Assembly: GCF_964355755.1 (NCBI RefSeq)
Contig: NC_092678.1
Location: forward strand, 21,283,365-21,347,364
Reading direction: 5' to 3'
DNA length: 64,000 nt
DNA from: Antedon mediterranea
Taxonomy: Eukaryota; Animalia; Echinodermata
The position numbers and the translations under genes were made by a program. Positions 23,984 to 35,016 of this stretch are shown piece after piece. The notes beneath the pieces are model-generated. The model was not told the DNA's origin. It saw only the letters and a program-made list of their open reading frames with translations, and ran no database searches. How positions within the stretch are numbered: position 1 is the stretch's first letter; each line of letters starts with the position of its first letter.

Positions 23984-26900
23984 ATGCATATGTTACGAAG
24001 AGATAAGAAAGATGATGAAGATGGTATGTTTTTTTTTTCTTTGATTTTTCAATTTGTATTGTTTATAGTTCAGTGTATAATTGTTTTTATCAACTAGCAG
24101 GCTAGGCCAGTTGGTTTGCCTTCTCACACCGGTTTCGAGCTTGGAATCCACGGGTGAATAAATGCTTTCCGTCTGCACGTTCCCAGCCTGTTTATAAGGC
24201 TTAGGCCCAGCTAACTAGGGATTCCCCTAACTAGTCATGTCGCAAAAGTTATAAATTCATTCGTTATTCAACACATAGGCTAGTCCTATAAATTATATTT
24301 GCTATTCCATATTCCATTATTCATATACAACAATCAATTGCATCTCTGTCTGTACTGCATTTTATTTTTAGATGGCTTTTTTTAAATATTTAATAATATT
24401 ATTCAAACTTATTGTCACCGATTTGAACATTGTCTGATTTTATCATACAGGTGGCTCTTCCAATCCATTTCAAGGTTTGGACAAAAGTACCGTGCTGCAA
24501 GAGGTAAGTTGGTACAAACAAAATAAAGTTTTTAATTACTGTATTATATATTATGTAAATAATAATGAATATTATTTTTATGTTACGTTTTCTTTCAGGC
24601 ACGAACATTCAATGATACGCCAATCAACCCACGTCGTTGCTGTCATACCTTAACCAAGATCATGTACGTGATTAACCAAGGGGAACACATCGGAACCAAC
24701 GAGGCAACAGAGGCTTTTTTTGCTATGACAAAACTTTTCCAATCTAGTGATGTAAGTAGTAAAGCGGTCCCAAGCCTTAAAATCAAATTTCATCCCATGG
24801 GGTAATAAGTATTATAAAGGTTCAATAGATAGTCGCTGCACTGTGGCTGACATTTGATTTGCCCAATTAATATGATAGTGATATTCCCAAATATGGTAGT
24901 GATATTACATCATTCATCATGTATATATATTTGGGCACATACATCACATAACATTTGATGTTAAATGTCTAAATTATATATATATATATATTGATATCAA
25001 CAGGTGACTCTTCGTCGTATGGTGTACCTGCTGATCAAAGAAATGGCAACTATCTCAGAAGATGTGATCATTGTGACGAGTAGCTTGACAAAAGACATGA
25101 CCGGCAAGGAAGATGCGTACAGAGCCCCTGCCATCAGAGCCTTGTGCAAGATAACTGACGTAAGTTACCTTCTTGTTGATAGAGGTCAGAAATCAAAGCA
25201 ATTACGTAGCAACATTTTTGCACAAAATTCCAATGTTTTTGTTATCGCTGTCAAAATGATTGCACACTAAGAAATTAGTATTATTGACAGTCAGCCTAAT
25301 TAAAATTATAAGTGACCCTATCAAGGCTATCTAACAACAGGATGCTGAGCTCCGGAGATCAAATGTTTGTCATGGCTGCAACACGATAAGTTCCATACCA
25401 TCGCTCGTTGCAGAGAATATGTACATAGTACAGTACTGTTGGTATTTGTCGCAGCCAGACATAAGATCAAAGGACTGTTATAAGTTCCTATCTTTTCAAG
25501 GCGAGCTCAGTGTCCTGTTGTTAGATTGCCTTGATCAGATCCTTATAAGATTAGGTGGGGCTGAGCCTTTGAAAAGCTCATATACCCAATTTGTTTCACC
25601 CTTATAGAGTATCACGCTGCTGACGTCACAACGGTAGGTGGCGTTGCGTGGTTGCTAGCGCAACCAAAAATGCGTTCAGTCTGCCTGAGAGACTCCAAGA
25701 TCATCAATGGTTTGGAATAGGCTTATTGAAGTAGTCATTTTAAAACTTAATAAGTTTCAATAAAAACAAACTAAAATTTCAAAAGATCACTAAATATTTG
25801 TTTTTAATAATCTACTTATTCTTCAATTAAAGTTAAGTTATTCAGTTAAAATAAAAAAAATCAAGCTATGGTACATAATTTGATAGAAATACAGATCTTT
25901 ACTGTTTATCAACATAGTAGCGCTGAACGCATTTTTTGGTTGGCTAGCAACCATGCAGCGCCCTCTATTGTTGTGACGTCACATCGTGATACACTATAAT
26001 AAAAAGGGACACCTGACATGGATCATGTAACGACACCTGACATACTATGATCACAACTGTAACATCACTATTTATTGACCCATAACATTTGATATATCTT
26101 TACAGTGTACCATGCTGCAGGCCATTGAGCGCTACATGAAGCAAGCTATTGTAGACAAGGTTCATGCCGTCTCTAGCGCTGCTCTTGCTTCCTCATTGGT
26201 AATTATCATTTTAATTAAAATTATTAATAATTATGACGTCCGAGTTTTCTTGTTTTTGATGAAATTAAAGTATGTCTTGTTTAGTATACCATAGAACCAC
26301 TCCATTTATCAAACTTTTTTAATAGTACAGTAGAACCTCCATTTTACGTACGGGACCGAAAGGCGTACGTAAAACAAGGGATTCGTAAAATCAAGGTTGA
26401 CCTTAAATTGACCCCCAAATACGTAGAGATCGTAGCTAGCCGTATTTGCCTACTTCTGTACAGTATGCAGGTGGTCACTAGCTAGACCTAGGCCTTGCCT
26501 AGACTATTCAGGCCAGACTAGCAGGCCTAGCAAGATGTGAGGCCTAACTAGAAAAGTACAGTATATACAGGCTGTACGATGTTTAAATAAAGTGTAAAAT
26601 ATTATTGTTTTCTATCAATAAAAACAGTCGCTGCTTTAGGGGGAATGCACGTGCGTAGCTTGTCCCACAGACAGCAGAATTCCTCACACAGCCATGATTG
26701 TGGCTTTGTGTGCTTTGTTGTTGTTAAATTGCGCCCTCAATGTAAGAAAATGATGACGTCATCGGTTATTTTAAGCGTACGTAAAATCGAGGGTACGTAA
26801 AACACAGGTTCTACTGTACAATGTACCCTGTAAATGTTATGTAATGACGTCCAAGTGTTCATGTTTTTGACAAAATTAAAATCTGTCTTTAGGTTTTTGT

Positions 26901-29900
26901 ACATTGGTACATCCCTACTAAGAGGGCACAGGCACTGTATGTTATACCTTCTAATCAATCCCTATTTAGTTGAGACCTAAAGCTCTGTCTACACTTTCCA
27001 ACTTTATGTGACAACAAAATGTGATATGCTTATGTATGGACATAATGATGTCATATCACTACCATATTTAAGCACATCACACATTTTTTGTCAAACTAAT
27101 TTGATAGTGTAGACAAAAAGAGCTTTATGGGACACTTTGTTAGGTCCTGTAGATCTCCTCTTAATAAGAGCTCTATTGTAATTGAATTCATTTATTTATC
27201 AACCTTTGTTATATGTATAATGTAGCCTAATATGTGGCCTTTAAATATCGGCTGTCTATTATGGTATAGATTTTTTTTTTTATAGTTATTTTTTTATAGT
27301 ACTTTTTACTCATTTATATATGCATTTGTTAGCATCTGATGAAGGGCAACCATGATGTAGTAAAGAGGTGGTTGAATGAGGCTACGGAAGCAGCGTCCAG
27401 TGACAACGTTATGGTGCAGTACCATGCTCTAGGTCTGCTCTACCACATCAGAAAGAATGACCGTCTTGCCGTCTCAAAGTTGATCACCAAGTACACCAAG
27501 CACTCTCTTAAGTCCCCCTATGCTGCTTGCCTGCTGGTAAGACTGTAGTGGCCAGAGAGCCGAAAATATAATTCAACTTTTAACTTTATTTATAAATATA
27601 TCTTGTTTATTTAAATATCCAACAAAGTATATTAGTAGTGACTAATATGATCTCCTAACTTTCTATTTTTTGTTTAGATTCGTATTGTGTCTAAGCTACT
27701 TAATGAAGAAGACGATGGGTGAGTAATTTTGAACGAATAAATATTCAGAAGATTTGACCTCTCTTTTAATGATTCAAAATCTTTCAATTCATTTAAATTT
27801 TTTTTTTCTTATTTTGTAGACATGATGGACCTTTGTTTGACTACATTGAGAGCTGTCTACGTCACAAGAGTGAGGTAAGTTGTTGCTTGGAATAAACCAA
27901 GTCAACAGTAATAAATAATAAATATCTGTAACCGTCACCATGTCTGGTTATCGCGTACATTGGTTAGGGTCATGTAGATTTAATCTTGCGATATTACTAT
28001 GGAAAAAACAAAGGGAAACACACTATGGCCAACCCTATTAAAGGGACACCCGGATTAAAGAGACATTTTGTTGAGTTTTAAAGGTTTCCCGTTAATACTG
28101 ATTCTATTGTATGTAATTTCATAAGATCCACTAATATATTTTTTTTTATAGATGGTTATATATGAAGCAGCCCAAGCTATTGTGAACATGAAGAACACGA
28201 CCGCTAGGGAGCTAGCCCCTGCTGTGTCTGTCTTACAACTGTTCCTCAGCTCACCTAAGCCAACGTTGCGTTATGCCGCTACCAGAACACTAAATAAGGT
28301 TAGATTCCTGTTCTTGATTGTAGCTTAGAACAGAATTTTTATTTTCTTTTTTCTGTTATTCCATCACCCCAGAGAGTATTGAGTATAGTATATTGAGTAC
28401 AACAATACTACTTCTGTAGATCTACATTATTTTTTGTTATTTAATGAATTGTTTATTGTTACCATGGCAGGTTGCTATGTCACACCCAGCAGCAGTCACT
28501 GCGTGTAATCTTGACCTAGAGAACCTAATCACCGATAGTAACAGAAGTATTGCTACTCTGGCTATTACCACTTTACTCAAGGTAAGTTTGTTTAGGACAC
28601 CCCAGATCAAGGGACACCCCAGATCAAGGGACACCCCAGATCAAGGGACACCCCAGATCAAGGGACACCCCAGATCAAGGGACACCCCAGATCAAGGGAC
28701 ACCCCAGATCAAGGGACACCCCAGATCAAGGGACACCCCAGATCAAGGGACACCCCAGATCAAGGGACACCCCAGATCAAGGGACACCCCAGATCAAGGG
28801 ACACCCCAGATCAAGGGACACCCCTATTAAAGGTATCAGTTTCCCGTGAAACCAAAGAACTTATAACACAAGAATCTCCTGTTCTTCAATTTGCATTCAA
28901 AACACAGTATCGGAAGTACAGGGTTAAAAGGTCAAACTGGGCGACGCCATTTCACAGCATGGAGCAGCGCCCCCTCCAAACTAGGAAGTCAATTACTCTA
29001 CCCCCCCTAGAGTATTAGCGGATCCCCTCTATGATTTTGACTTTCTAATTTGATGCGGGCGCCCTACTCCTCAGTCAATTACTCTATCCCCTCTAGAGCA
29101 TTAGCAGATCCCCTCTATGATTTTGACTTTCTAATTTGATGCGGGCGCCCTACTCCATGGCTCACAATGGCGCCACCCATAGCTCTATTCTATCCCACAA
29201 TGCCTTTCGAAATTGTTACGCGCTTCGGACGAACAGGAGATTCTTGTGTTATAAGTTCTTTGGTGAAACTAACAAAAATAAATATATAGGGACACTTTAA
29301 TCAGGAAGTTTCTCTTTACCAGGGGTTCTATTTTAATATTATCACTAAGTTAGTTATGTTATTGTTGTACTTAAGGTTTCAGCCAAATTTACTGTTTTAA
29401 TATAATGATTTTGCAGCAAAATATCTTGCATTTATTTTATTCAAAATTTTATTTGATTGCATTTTAATATAAATAATAAAACTATCTCAATAGACTGGGA
29501 GCGAAAGCAGTGTCGATCGTCTAATGAAGCAGATATCATCGTTCATGTCGGAGATCTCGGATGAGTTTAAGATTGTGGTAGTTGAGGCTATCAAGTCTCT
29601 TTGCATGAAGTTCCCCAAGAAACACAAAGTGATGATGAACTTCCTATCCTCCATGCTTCGGGATGAAGTAAGAATAAACTTACTAGCCTGTGGGGCTAGA
29701 TGTAGATTTTGTTAGTCCAATGTGGTAGAAGAAAAACATATTATATTCATCATTTGTTATCTATAACATTGAATACTAAAATTGTATTTTTATCATTAGT
29801 GTGTTGAGAGTATAAGAGAATTATTAGATGCTAAGGTTGACGGGCTAGCTATACAATTTGCTAGTCTATTACTTAGAATAGACTATCTATGAATGGATGA

Positions 29901-32900
29901 TTAGGTGGGAACACGAACGCTAGTTGATCATACCCAGTACCGTTTGATCGTACGATTAATCGGGAAACCACCTCACAACATTATTTAATTTTTTTTTTTA
30001 TTTTATACTAATCCAACAGCGAGTAACTCACTAATTACAGGATGGATGAACTATTTTATAATTTATCGTGCTTATAAATTAAGTCTCAATTGAGGCTTTG
30101 GGAGTAGAGTTGAAAGTTGTGAGTTACAACCCTGGCACTATGTCAGGATTTGACCCTGGACATTTGTGTTGGAAGGCAATCTACAGCTCGACTACAATAT
30201 TGTTGCCTATAGTATAACATGTTGTATAATAACATTTTATTTGTTATTGTTAGGGTGGTTTTGACTATAAGAGAAGTATTGTGGACACAATCATGTCTAT
30301 TGTGGAGGAGAATGCCGATGCCAAGGAGGACGGGCTGGCCCATTTGTGCGAGTTCATTGAGGATTGTGAACACACGTCGCTGGCAACACGTATCTTGCAC
30401 CTGCTTGGCCGTGAGGGGCCACGTACGTCATCACCGTCTAAGTACATTCGGTTCATCTATAACAGAGTTATACTTGAGAATGCTTCAATCCGAGCAGGTG
30501 AGATTTACTGATTATATTAAAAAACGTTCTTGTCGCTCCTTAAGTTGGTTCCTTTGGCCTTTCTTAAGTTCCCTCTTTACATTATTTTGTTTCTTTTGGT
30601 TCATAGCTGCTGTTACATCATTGGCTAAGTTTGGTGCTCACTGTGAGAGCTTACTTCCCAGTGTTCCTTTGGCCTTTCTTAAGTTGTCCCCTCTTTACAT
30701 TATTTGGTTTCTTTTGGTTCATAGCTGCTGTTACATCATTGGCTAAGTTTGGTGCTCACTGTGAGAGCTTACTTCCCAGTGTCACTGTTCTTCTTGAAAG
30801 GTAAGAAAACTATATACATTTTGAAACAAACTGACCTACGTTCCAATTTTTTCCTCTTTGTAAAATGCAACATACAAATAATAATTGCTCGTTTTTATAG
30901 GTGTTTGTTGGATGGAGATGATGAAGTTAGAGATAGAGCCACATTCTACTTATCTGTTCTCAAAGAGCAGCAGAAGCAACTCAACTCTGCTTACATTTTG
31001 AATGGTAAGTATACACTATAATGCTCTGCTCTCCAAACATTGTGCCATAATGGCTTTCAACCAAATAACAGTTTGCACACAAAAATGACTGACAGTCATT
31101 CATGCATTTATTTTTTTGTTAGGATTAAACGTGTCTATTGCTGGACTAGAGAGGGCTCTGCACAACTACACCATCGAGCCAACCGAGAAACCGTTTGACA
31201 TGAAGACCGTCCCACTACAAGCTGTACCACTGATAGAGCAAAAGATACAAGGTAATCTTGCACTGATTTTATGTAGTTTTCGTTATCATGTTATTATCTA
31301 CAGGGCTAACAAAATGCCTGATTTTTTATTTAATTTCTTTCAATCAGAATCTTTTTTGTTCAATGTTATAGAAAAGGCAACCACAGCCAAAGGCCAAGAG
31401 AAGAGTGCAGCTTCCAGACAAGAAATATATGCTGGTAAGTATCGTTTCAAAATGTTTTTTGCACCGCTCCTTTAGGCAGTTATATTCCCAGAGGACATAA
31501 GCATTAGGAAGCAGTACCACACGCGAAGCTATATTACTATCGTTGACAGAAATGGGAATATATAAACTCTTAATAATTTATAGGTCCATGCTCGACGACC
31601 CAAAGCACGTCTGGGAAACGAGAGTATATGAGATATTTTGGTTGGGGGCTTTCTTTCTCTATTAACCACATTTTCTCCTTTCTATGTCCTGACTAGAACC
31701 AGCAACAAATAAATACATTGGATATTGGTCGCAAATCACAAGCTCCTTAACAATAGGAGCTATAGTAGTATAAGTATATTTTACCTCCTGCATGGGTGTA
31801 TTCATGACATAACATTAATACAGCATTTGTATATGATGTGTCATTCACAGGTCAACTGGCTGCTATACCCGAGTTTGCTGACCTTGGACCTCTGTTCAAG
31901 TCCTCATCAACGCCGGCTGAACTTACAGAATCAGAAACAGAATATGTGGTTAATTGCATCAAGCACACATTTGCTGAATATATTGTATTCCAGGTAAGGC
32001 AAATTCCATAATACAGTGTCCTATATGCATCACATGTGCTGGCTATATCATAGGCCATATACCTAAGCTAAACTTAATATAATACTGAGTGCCACATGTG
32101 ATACATATGTGAAAATGTATGGTCTATGTTGCTGAACAGATAATACAATATGTGTAAAAGGTGAAAATGTGAATTTTTCAAAATTCAATTAAGCTGTCTT
32201 AACATTGTTGTGTGTGTGCGTATATGCGTTAAGCTGTCTTAACATTGTTGTGTGTGTGCGTATATGTATTAAGCTGTCTTAACATTGTTGTGTGTGTGCG
32301 TATATGCGTTAAGCTGTCTTAACATTGTTGTGTGTGTGCGTATATGCGTTAAGCTGTCTTAACATTGTTGTGTGTGTGTGTATATGCATTAAGCTGTCTT
32401 AACATTGTTGTGTGTGTGTGCGTATATGCATTAAGCTGTCTTAACATTGTTGTGTGTGTGCGTATATGCATTAAGCTGTCTTAAAATTGTTGTGTGTGTG
32501 CGTATATGCGTTAAGCTGTCTTAACATTGTTGTGTGTGTGCGTATATGCATTAAGCTGTCTTGACATTGTTGTGTGTGTGCGTATATGCATTAAGCTGTC
32601 TTAACATTGTTGTGTGTGTGCGTATATGCATTAAGCTGTCTTAACATTGTTGTGTGTGTGCGTATATGCGTTACCATCATGTTTCGTCGTAATTAATCGT
32701 TTCTTTTATACTTTATTTCCCTAGTTTGATTGTACAAACACACTGAATGACCAACAGCTTGAAAATGTTACAGTAGCGATGGAACCGTCGGATGATTTTG
32801 AAGTGATAAGTCATGTTCCTATACCATGCTTAAAATACAACCAACCTGGAACAACATATACACTTGTTAAGATACCAGAAGACCCAATGTCCGGTAGGGA

Positions 32901-35016
32901 TCAGTCAACCTCTATTTAGAGACCATACTTAGTTATCTAGGACCACCCTAAGTCATGTTCCTATACAATGCTTAAAATATAATCAACATAGAACAACATA
33001 TACACTTGTTAAGATACCAGAAGACCCAATGTCCGGTAGGGATCAGTCAACCTCTATTTAGAGACCATACTTAGTTATCTAAGACCACCCTAAGTCATGT
33101 TCCTATAGCATGCTTAAAATATAATCAACATAGAACAACATATACACTTGTTAAGATACCAGATGACCCGATGTCAGGTAGGGATCAGTCCACCTCTATT
33201 TAGAGACCATACTTAGTTATCTAGGACCACCATAAGTCATGTTCCTATACAATGCTTAAAATATAACCAACCTGGAACATCATATACACTTGTTAAGATA
33301 CCAGATGACCCAATGTCAGGTAGGGATCAGTCCACCTCTATTTAGAGACCATACTTAGTTATCTAGGACCACCATAAGTCATGTTCCTATACAATGCTTA
33401 AAATATAATCAACACAGAACAACATGCACAGTTCTCAAACAATTTCATCTGGTTTCAAATGGATATTAAATAATGTTAACTTTTTAGTTAAACCAATTGA
33501 CAAGTACTTACTTGCTACGTTTCAGCTACTTTCAGTAGCCTTGGTCACGCAAATGACGTTGACATGATGTTCTGTCATTCGTCATAGTTCGGTGAATTGC
33601 GCCATCTCTTGTCTGATGTTCAGACCCGAGCATACAAAGGGGGACACCAGCAGAAAGCTGAACATCAGACGAGAGATGGCGCAACTGGTCAACTGGTTTA
33701 ACTAAAAAGTTAACATTTATTTACATACACAGTTGTTATACACTTGTTATAATACAAATTTTACGTTTTTTATATTTCAGTGTCTTGCACATTTAGCAAT
33801 ACATTTAAATTTCTCGTCAAGGATTGCGACCCGACAACAGGAGAGCCAGATGATGATGGTTATGAAGACGAATATGTTGTAAGTGTTATTATCACTACCG
33901 CTGTGCAAAAAAAAATGTGATGTGCCCATATATGGACATGATGATGTCATGTCACTACCATATTTGGGTACATCACACTTTTTTTCTAAAACTAGTTAAA
34001 TAATGTAGACAAACCTTACGCTTGGTCTACACTATCAAACTTTATGTGACAAAAAAGAGATGTACCCATATGGACATGATGATGTCATATCACAATATTT
34101 GGGTACATCACCCTTTTTTCTCGAACTAGTTTGATAGTGTTGACAGAGGTTAAGAATACAAGTAATATCTCTGTTTTAAATATATTTGCATGTGTAACAT
34201 TTTTAGATAATAATTTGCTCCACCTACTACATGAGATTTAACTATAATTTATTTTTTCAGCTTGAAGATCTTGAAGTGATGGTATCAGATTATATGCAAA
34301 GGGTTATGAAGCCTAATTTTGGTGCTTCTTGGGATGAGATAGGTGATGAGAATGAGGTGGAAGAGACCTATGCTCTTGCATCTAAGACACTTGAAGGTAA
34401 AATTAATTCATGTTTTTTACTCGGTTTGTTGCAGTAGATTGATCATAAAATAATAGTTCATTCTTAGATAACGCATATAAGCAAGCTCTCATTGCACTGC
34501 ACATGATTACACTGGCCATTTTTTGGATCAAACCATAATGTAGCTAGTAATCAGCGCAAAGTTGTTTCTTGATCCCTAACCGGGTACCCATTTTATACAT
34601 CCAACATACTGCGTCACACAGCCTCACAGATATACTAGAACTCCCATTAATGGTACACCTTCGGGACCAAACAAAGTGTACTGTTAGGTGTTTATATTGG
34701 GTGAATGATGAGTATGCCACGGGATCCCAACAGGACCCTTACCCCTGTATCATCGTCTTAATTTTTGACCAACTCATCATTTTCAGATGCTGTGAAGAAT
34801 GTAATCAGTTTCCTCGGCATGCAACCATGTGAGAGATCCGAGAAAGTTCCGGAAGGCAAAAGCTCGCATTCGTTATATATGGCAGGGGTTTATCGGGGCG
34901 GACATAATGTCGTGGTGCGCGCTAGGCTTGCGTTACAAGATACGGTCACCATGCAGATAACGGTACGCAGTACAGAGTCAACTGTCAGTGAGGTTGTTGC
35001 TTCGTCTGTAGGTTGA
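23984..35016 (+). CDS. COPG: Coatomer subunit gamma (gamma-COP), 21 coding exons
   Basis: Exons 23984-24023, 24451-24503, 24599-24751, 25004-25159, 26106-26198, 27333-27536, 27678-27718, 27820-27874, 28152-28298, 28471-28581, 29494-29667, 30254-30497, 30725-30800, 30901-31004, 31123-31251, 31372-31434, 31851-31993, 32725-32893, 33781-33878, 34261-34396, 34787-35016. Translation follows vertebrate COPG1/2 from RDKKDDE..SNPF to ..VASSVG*. AATAAA near 35429. Confidence 0.96.
25603..25998. mobile_element. MITE with about 75-bp degenerate TIRs in COPG intron 4
   Basis: TATAGAGTATCACG..TGACGTCACAAC..GGTTGCTAGC..CAACCAAAAATGCGTTCAG is mirrored at 25923-25998. Confidence 0.75.
26328..26816. mobile_element. 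Tc1/mariner (pogo/Tigger-like) MITE
   Basis: TA|CAGTAGAACCT..AGGTTCTACTG|TA, with internal CGTACGTAAAA repeats. Confidence 0.82.
26981..27124. mobile_element. Family A MITE
   Basis: AGCTCTGTCTACACT..TTTGATAGTGTAGAC. Confidence 0.8.
28595..28824. repeat. 17-bp perfect minisatellite, about 13.5 copies, 13 nt after the COPG exon 10 donor
   Basis: (GGGACACCCCAGATCAA)n. It produces the spurious 17-aa repeat in ORF 28444-28830. Confidence 0.95.
28853..29262. mobile_element. P-element-like MITE with 7-bp TSD
   Basis: Perfect 32-bp TIR CAAAGAACTTATAACACAAGAATCTCCTGTTC. TSD GTGAAAC at 28846-28852 and 29263-29269. Internal direct repeat of about 86 bp. Confidence 0.88.
30549..30782 (+). repeat. 118-bp tandem duplication spanning the COPG exon 13 acceptor
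   Basis: Two copies of the polypyrimidine tract plus TCATAG|CTGCTGTTACATCATTGG..CTTCCCAGTGT, with acceptors at 30606/30607 and 30724/30725. Confidence 0.93.
32189..32672. repeat. 39-41-bp minisatellite, about 12 copies, in COPG intron 17
   Basis: Unit TTAAGCTGTCTTAACATTGTTGTGTGTGTGCGTATATGCA. Confidence 0.95.
32807..33426 (+). repeat. 142-bp tandem repeat (4 plus a partial copy) spanning the COPG exon 18 donor
   Basis: Units start at 32807, 32949, 33091, 33233 and 33375. Each full unit carries the exon end ([22 protein letters not shown]) and a G|GTAGGG donor, at 32894, 33036, 33178 and 33320. Confidence 0.95.
33472..33717. mobile_element. Small foldback/MITE element with an internal hairpin
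   Basis: AATGTTAACTTTTTAGTTAAACCA..TGGTTTAACTAAAAAGTTAACATT termini. Inner inverted repeat TGCGCCATCTC..TCTGATGTTCAG at 33598-33683. Confidence 0.72.
33900..34149. mobile_element. Two adjacent family A MITEs
   Basis: Two cores ATATGGACATGATGATGTCAT at about 33930 and 34070, with GTCTACACTATCAAAC / GTTTGATAGTGT termini. Confidence 0.78.

Noticed and set aside
28582-28830. Repetitive peptide extension ([17 protein letters not shown])n of a COPG exon
   Set aside because: It lies after the GTAAGT donor at 28582 and is the translation of a 17-bp minisatellite.
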